NCBI GenBank assembly: GCA_048128005.1
Contig: JBEUKZ010000069.1
Location: forward strand, 310,001 to 374,000
Length of the DNA: 64,000 nucleotides
Source: Veleropilina oligotropha
Lineage: Eukaryota
Reading direction: 5' to 3'
Under the pieces are notes generated by a model that saw only the letters and a list, made by a program, of their open reading frames with translations, was not told the origin of the DNA and did not search any database. The translations under genes and the position numbers were made by a program. Positions 60,901 to 64,000 of this stretch are shown here, in pieces (the stretch's first letter is position 1; the number at the start of each line of letters is the position of its first letter).

Positions 60901-63900
60901 AAGGAAACTCCCTCGAACGTTGCAGCTGAGTCAAATACACCCCTGATTTGATCAGGTTTTTGCTGATGATAGACGCCGAAGATCGGTAAGTACCAAACTT
61001 CTCCTGTAGGTGGCGGAGCCACTTCTGCTGCGCCCGAATTTAAAACCTTGGCCATGAAGGATACAAAGTGTTCTTTCTTTGTGGGATTCTTTTTCAAGCT
61101 GGCGTCCAGTATCAGAGCACGTTTTAAAGCCATATGTCGGTTGTTCGGCATCTTTTCATGTGGTAGGCGAAATGGCAATGGAGCTGTCCAGTTACCTTCA
61201 TCATTCCTGAAAGTTTCCTTCTCCATGATGGTGAGGAATTCACGGTCTTCGACTGACGTTCCAACCTTCTCATCATCTTTATTTCTTTTGAAAAGAACAT
61301 CGTTGACGTCTGGCATTTCTTCCTCTTTTGCCAAAAGTCTGTTTTGGCAAGGATCGAAGATGGTTCCTCTTCCGTTCTGAAGAATGCTGGTTTTAAGCGC
61401 GATTCCTGATTCCTGAACACGAGGCTTGTGGACTTTCTCAAGACATACTTCTCCAACAACAACCCATCCCAATCCTAGTCTTTGGGCGAATGGTGAGTTC
61501 ATGGGTCCTGTAACCTGCTCCTTGACGTGATGTATGTCTGGCAAGTCTCGTCCAATCAGGAGACCAATCTGACACTCTGGTCTGTATGGCAAGATAGGAA
61601 TACCTCTGAGATGCTTAAAATGTCTGATAATTTCTGGCGTGGCTATCTCCGACTTGTCGTTTGGGATGTCATCACATTCTATCATTGTTGGCAGCTGACT
61701 TTGGTATGTACCATCGATAGACCGTGTTGAATAACCGCATGCCTTCCGTCCACAAACTGTGAAGGTTCCAGAACATGAAGACAATGTATACCTTACTTCC
61801 TCTCCAGTGATGTCGAGGGCATCAAGTAGATATGTAGAAGCTAGAGTCCGATTACTTTGGTCATCTAATATAGCGTAGACGTCGAACCCGTTCTCAGGTT
61901 GGTTGTCTGGAAACACTCGCACCAAGATGATTTTGGCACATGAGCGCCCGCTGAACCCATTACACACTGTTGTGCAGTTAACTTTCGCCATCTCCCTGTC
62001 ATTCTCTGGTCTGAGCTGCGTGACGTTATCCATCCCACATAATGATGTGTGTTTGACATTAATAGTCTCTGATATCGGTTTGACGTTGGAGCTCTCCCCG
62101 CCTTGATTTACATTAGATCTGTGGTCTCGTGCTTCATTCCACTCGAATCTTTTTGTTTCATGCAGTCCAGTAGGATGTTTACTGGAGGCACATTCGGCAC
62201 ACTTTATTATAGCTTTACAGTCTCTTGCATTGTGATTATCTTCACAGCATCTATAGCACATCCGATTTTCCTTCAGAATGTTCTTTCGCTCGGTTAAGCT
62301 CTTCCTTCTAAACAGTTTACAATCATTCAGCGTGTGAGATTGAGAAAAAGCATGTATGACGCATCCCTTTTCCACTTGACTGGGTGGAGCAGGAATTCTC
62401 TCACGATTCTCAGTTGTCTCTTTTGGATTGATGTAAGTTTTCCTTGTCTGTACTCTGACATGTGCGTTATCCTTTTGGAACCTAGGAACTTCTTCATTGT
62501 ACCTGAAGCTAGGGTCATTCATCATCGAACTAAGTTCAGATATGAAACTCACAAAATGTGAGAATGGCGGAAATATCACGTTGTGGGTGTGCTTATACCG
62601 AGTCGCTCTTTCAGTCCATTTATTCTGTATATGATGTGGAAGTTTGGAGATCACTGGGTTGATTCCTGCAGACGAATCATAATATGACAGGAGAGTTCTG
62701 TATCTCGGATCTTCCTTCAAGGACTCTATCTCTGACAAGATATCCAGTAGGTCATAGAGTTTCTTGTACTCTCTTGGAGTTATCCGAGGAAACCTTGAGA
62801 TCTTCTGCTTTAACGTGTCCTCTATCAACTCAGGCGCACCGTAACGCTCATCTAGTCTTGACCATATCTTCAAAAGTCCTCCTGAAGGATTATGAGAGTT
62901 GGATGTTCTTAGGCTCACTGCTTGTCTGGAAGAATCATGACCTAACCATTTAACGAGCAGGTCAGTTTCCTCTTGTGCGTTAGCTTGAAGTTCTCTTGCA
63001 ATGGTTAAAAAAGAATTTTTCCACGCAGGATATGTAGCTGGGTCATCGTTGAAGGACGAAAACCTTGCCATGGTGAGATCTTTCTTCAGAAGGTAAGTTG
63101 TGAATGCTTCTGCATGATTATAATTAGTCACAGGAGTCGCATTCCATAATGGTGTCGCTTCAGGTAAGGGAGCAGCTAATTTATGAGACATAATAGGAAC
63201 GAAAGGGGCTGATGATACCTTCAGTTTGGTGTTTGATATTGTGACTGGATCAGCATAGTGAGGCACTGTACTTGACATTGAGACCTGTTCATTAGCTGTA
63301 TGCGTTATCTCATTATGAATAAGAGAGGGCATACTCACCATGGGTTGGGGAACAATACTATTAGTAGCCGGCATAGTTATGTCCCTTGTGGGCATTGCAG
63401 CCTCGTCTTGAATCACTGCTGGAGGTGTTGTCACTGGCCTTTCTGAACGAATCATTTCATTCTGATCTTGTATATAGTTCTTAATTCTTTCATTTCTATA
63501 TGAAGATGCACTTGAGTGACGATCGCTTCGTGATTCTTGTTCAGAATGAATATTATCAGAGCGAAGTACCCCAATCTTTGCTTCCGCTGCTGCAACCTGT
63601 TTTTGCTGATCGAGCATTTCTAACTCTGCTTTTAAGATAGCCTTTGTTCTATTAGCTTTAGCTTGAATAATTGCTTCTTCCTCTTCTAATTCTGCACATT
63701 CACGTTTTATCTGGAGTTCTTTCTCAACGAATTTTGATTTAGTACGGATGGCTTCCGCCTCAGCTAACAGTATGAATGTGTCTTTAGATTTACATGTAGA
63801 GGCCTTATTCGATGATGTTGATTTAGAGAACCTTAGGGAAGCGCTCCTAATGGTTCTTGTTCCATGCACACTTTTTCCACCAGAATGTCTATCTTCATTC

Positions 63901-63905
63901 ATCAC
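57981..63905 (-). CDS. BEL/Pao LTR retrotransposon gag-pol polyprotein (element 2), intact
   Basis: Gag knuckles, protease ILDDQS, RT FYVDD, RNase H FSDASE..ELCAA..YTDS, integrase IDAFGP/SDRGTNF/WERM. First ATG at 63902. Confidence 0.95.
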   Translation of the reverse strand: MMNEDRHSGGKSVHGTRTIRSASLRFSKSTSSNKASTCKSKDTFILLAEAEAIRTKSKFVEKELQIKRECAELEEEEAIIQAKANRTKAILKAELEMLDQQKQVAAAEAKIGVLRSDNIHSEQESRSDRHSSASSYRNERIKNYIQDQNEMIRSERPVTTPPAVIQDEAAMPTRDITMPATNSIVPQPMVSMPSLIHNEITHTANEQVSMSSTVPHYADPVTISNTKLKVSSAPFVPIMSHKLAAPLPEATPLWNATPVTNYNHAEAFTTYLLKKDLTMARFSSFNDDPATYPAWKNSFLTIARELQANAQEETDLLVKWLGHDSSRQAVSLRTSNSHNPSGGLLKIWSRLDERYGAPELIEDTLKQKISRFPRITPREYKKLYDLLDILSEIESLKEDPRYRTLLSYYDSSAGINPVISKLPHHIQNKWTERATRYKHTHNVIFPPFSHFVSFISELSSMMNDPSFRYNEEVPRFQKDNAHVRVQTRKTYINPKETTENRERIPAPPSQVEKGCVIHAFSQSHTLNDCKLFRRKSLTERKNILKENRMCYRCCEDNHNARDCKAIIKCAECASSKHPTGLHETKRFEWNEARDHRSNVNQGGESSNVKPISETINVKHTSLCGMDNVTQLRPENDREMAKVNCTTVCNGFSGRSCAKIILVRVFPDNQPENGFDVYAILDDQSNRTLASTYLLDALDITGEEVRYTLSSCSGTFTVCGRKACGYSTRSIDGTYQSQLPTMIECDDIPNDKSEIATPEIIRHFKHLRGIPILPYRPECQIGLLIGRDLPDIHHVKEQVTGPMNSPFAQRLGLGWVVVGEVCLEKVHKPRVQESGIALKTSILQNGRGTIFDPCQNRLLAKEEEMPDVNDVLFKRNKDDEKVGTSVEDREFLTIMEKETFRNDEGNWTAPLPFRLPHEKMPNNRHMALKRALILDASLKKNPTKKEHFVSFMAKVLNSGAAEVAPPPTGEVWYLPIFGVYHQQKPDQIRGVFDSAATFEGVSLNKCLLTGPNLTNDLLGILLRLRRDQFAIAADIEQMFYSFLVPEDQRDFLRFFWYEENNPDLGLIDYRMKAHVFGNSPSPAIASYGLRKSVAGDDVDDDVKNLVTNDFYVDDALTSLPKEEDAVSLLQRTKTALKKGGNLRLHKFVSNSPKVMSAFPVEDLGKEVKSLQLDKDTLPTHRSLGLLWDMNSDTFNFDTCVKDTPKTRRGMLSALNSIYDPLGFAAPITIQGKIVMRKIHKGYSWDDTLDPTVIDSWKAFEESMVSLKDLSISRMISPSSLSTVNNPVLLVFSDASEQAVSVVAYMKTQTDGKQHTGFVMGKAKIAPSHGHTIPRLELCAALLATDVAQIIIDNLGIELQTVRFYTDSKVVLGYLNNRTRCFYNYVANRVERILKVSNPDQWNYVSTKNNPADHGTRGLRTANDIQEKWLKGPEKLQNVRGSGEQEEFPLICPEEDKEIRVNVSKTKVSVSLVHKFGRYSDWFRLISALSLLKTAAKNYPTHSSKRDTTTAAAIRLETERFVLRQCQLDQYPEEMNSLLNGRPVKASSVISTLAPILDSTGVMRVGGRLSQGYLSLEETNPIIPSGRSHVAKLLVRHYHEKIRHQGRLLTEGTLRNHGFWIVGGKRLISSVIYQCVVCRRLRGSVQSQKMADLPVDRLTRGPPFTSVGIDAFGPWNVVTRKTRGGAANSKRWAILFTCLTTRAVHIECVEEMSSSSFINALIRFVAIRGIVKELRSDRGTNFVGAAHVLSSTDKLEIINVEDGPISSFLNRSGIVWIFNPPHSSHMGGVWERMIGLTRRILDAMFLEISTRNLTHEVLVTLMAEVSAIINSRPLAPISTDPESPMILSPATLLTQKTGGGSLLSGSLDIKDIYKEQWKRTQVLADMFWKKWREGYLQTLQTRRKWKTDVRDVENGDVILLKDKCLPRKEWAVGVVVNTFKSGSDGKVRKAEVRVAKEGSIVTYTRPITEMVILVEN

Positions 63906-64000
63906 AACCGTATCTAAATCAAACTCTCTTGTGTAAACAATTTTTATTTTCTCTTTGAATACATTGTTAACTAGTTGAAGGGAACAGAGTTCTCCTCTGC

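Overview
AT-rich, intron-containing eukaryotic DNA, probably from a marine invertebrate (the repeat landscape looks mollusc/lophotrochozoan-like; inferred). Almost all of it is mobile DNA. (1) 1-27169: a 13-exon minus-strand gene that can be spliced by hand into a ~753-codon SAM + repeats + UIM + HECT E3 ligase frame, with one TGA in the SAM exon. It converges on the last exon of a probable IS3EU-type DDE transposase and is bounded by a palindromic subterminal array ending in CCATA, so it is probably cargo of a >27 kb DNA transposon inserted into an L2 LINE. (2) 29034-44720: a complete, GC-rich, 15,687-bp Polinton/Maverick-like endogenous virus with 144-bp near-perfect TIRs (AGCAGC...GCTGCT) and a CTACC target duplication. 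It encodes major and minor capsid proteins, a frameshifted packaging ATPase, an rve integrase, many membrane proteins and a secreted cystine-knot-like protein. In place of a canonical pPolB it has a 1276-aa fusion (OTU-like Cys/His region, divergent PolB without visible exonuclease motifs, SF1 helicase, HNH nuclease). No adenain-type protease is visible. (3) ~45300-47560: a decayed CR1 LINE. (4) 50089-64000: two different BEL/Pao LTR retrotransposons with fully open gag-pol ORFs, apparently nested. All calls come from reading motifs by eye; no searches were run.
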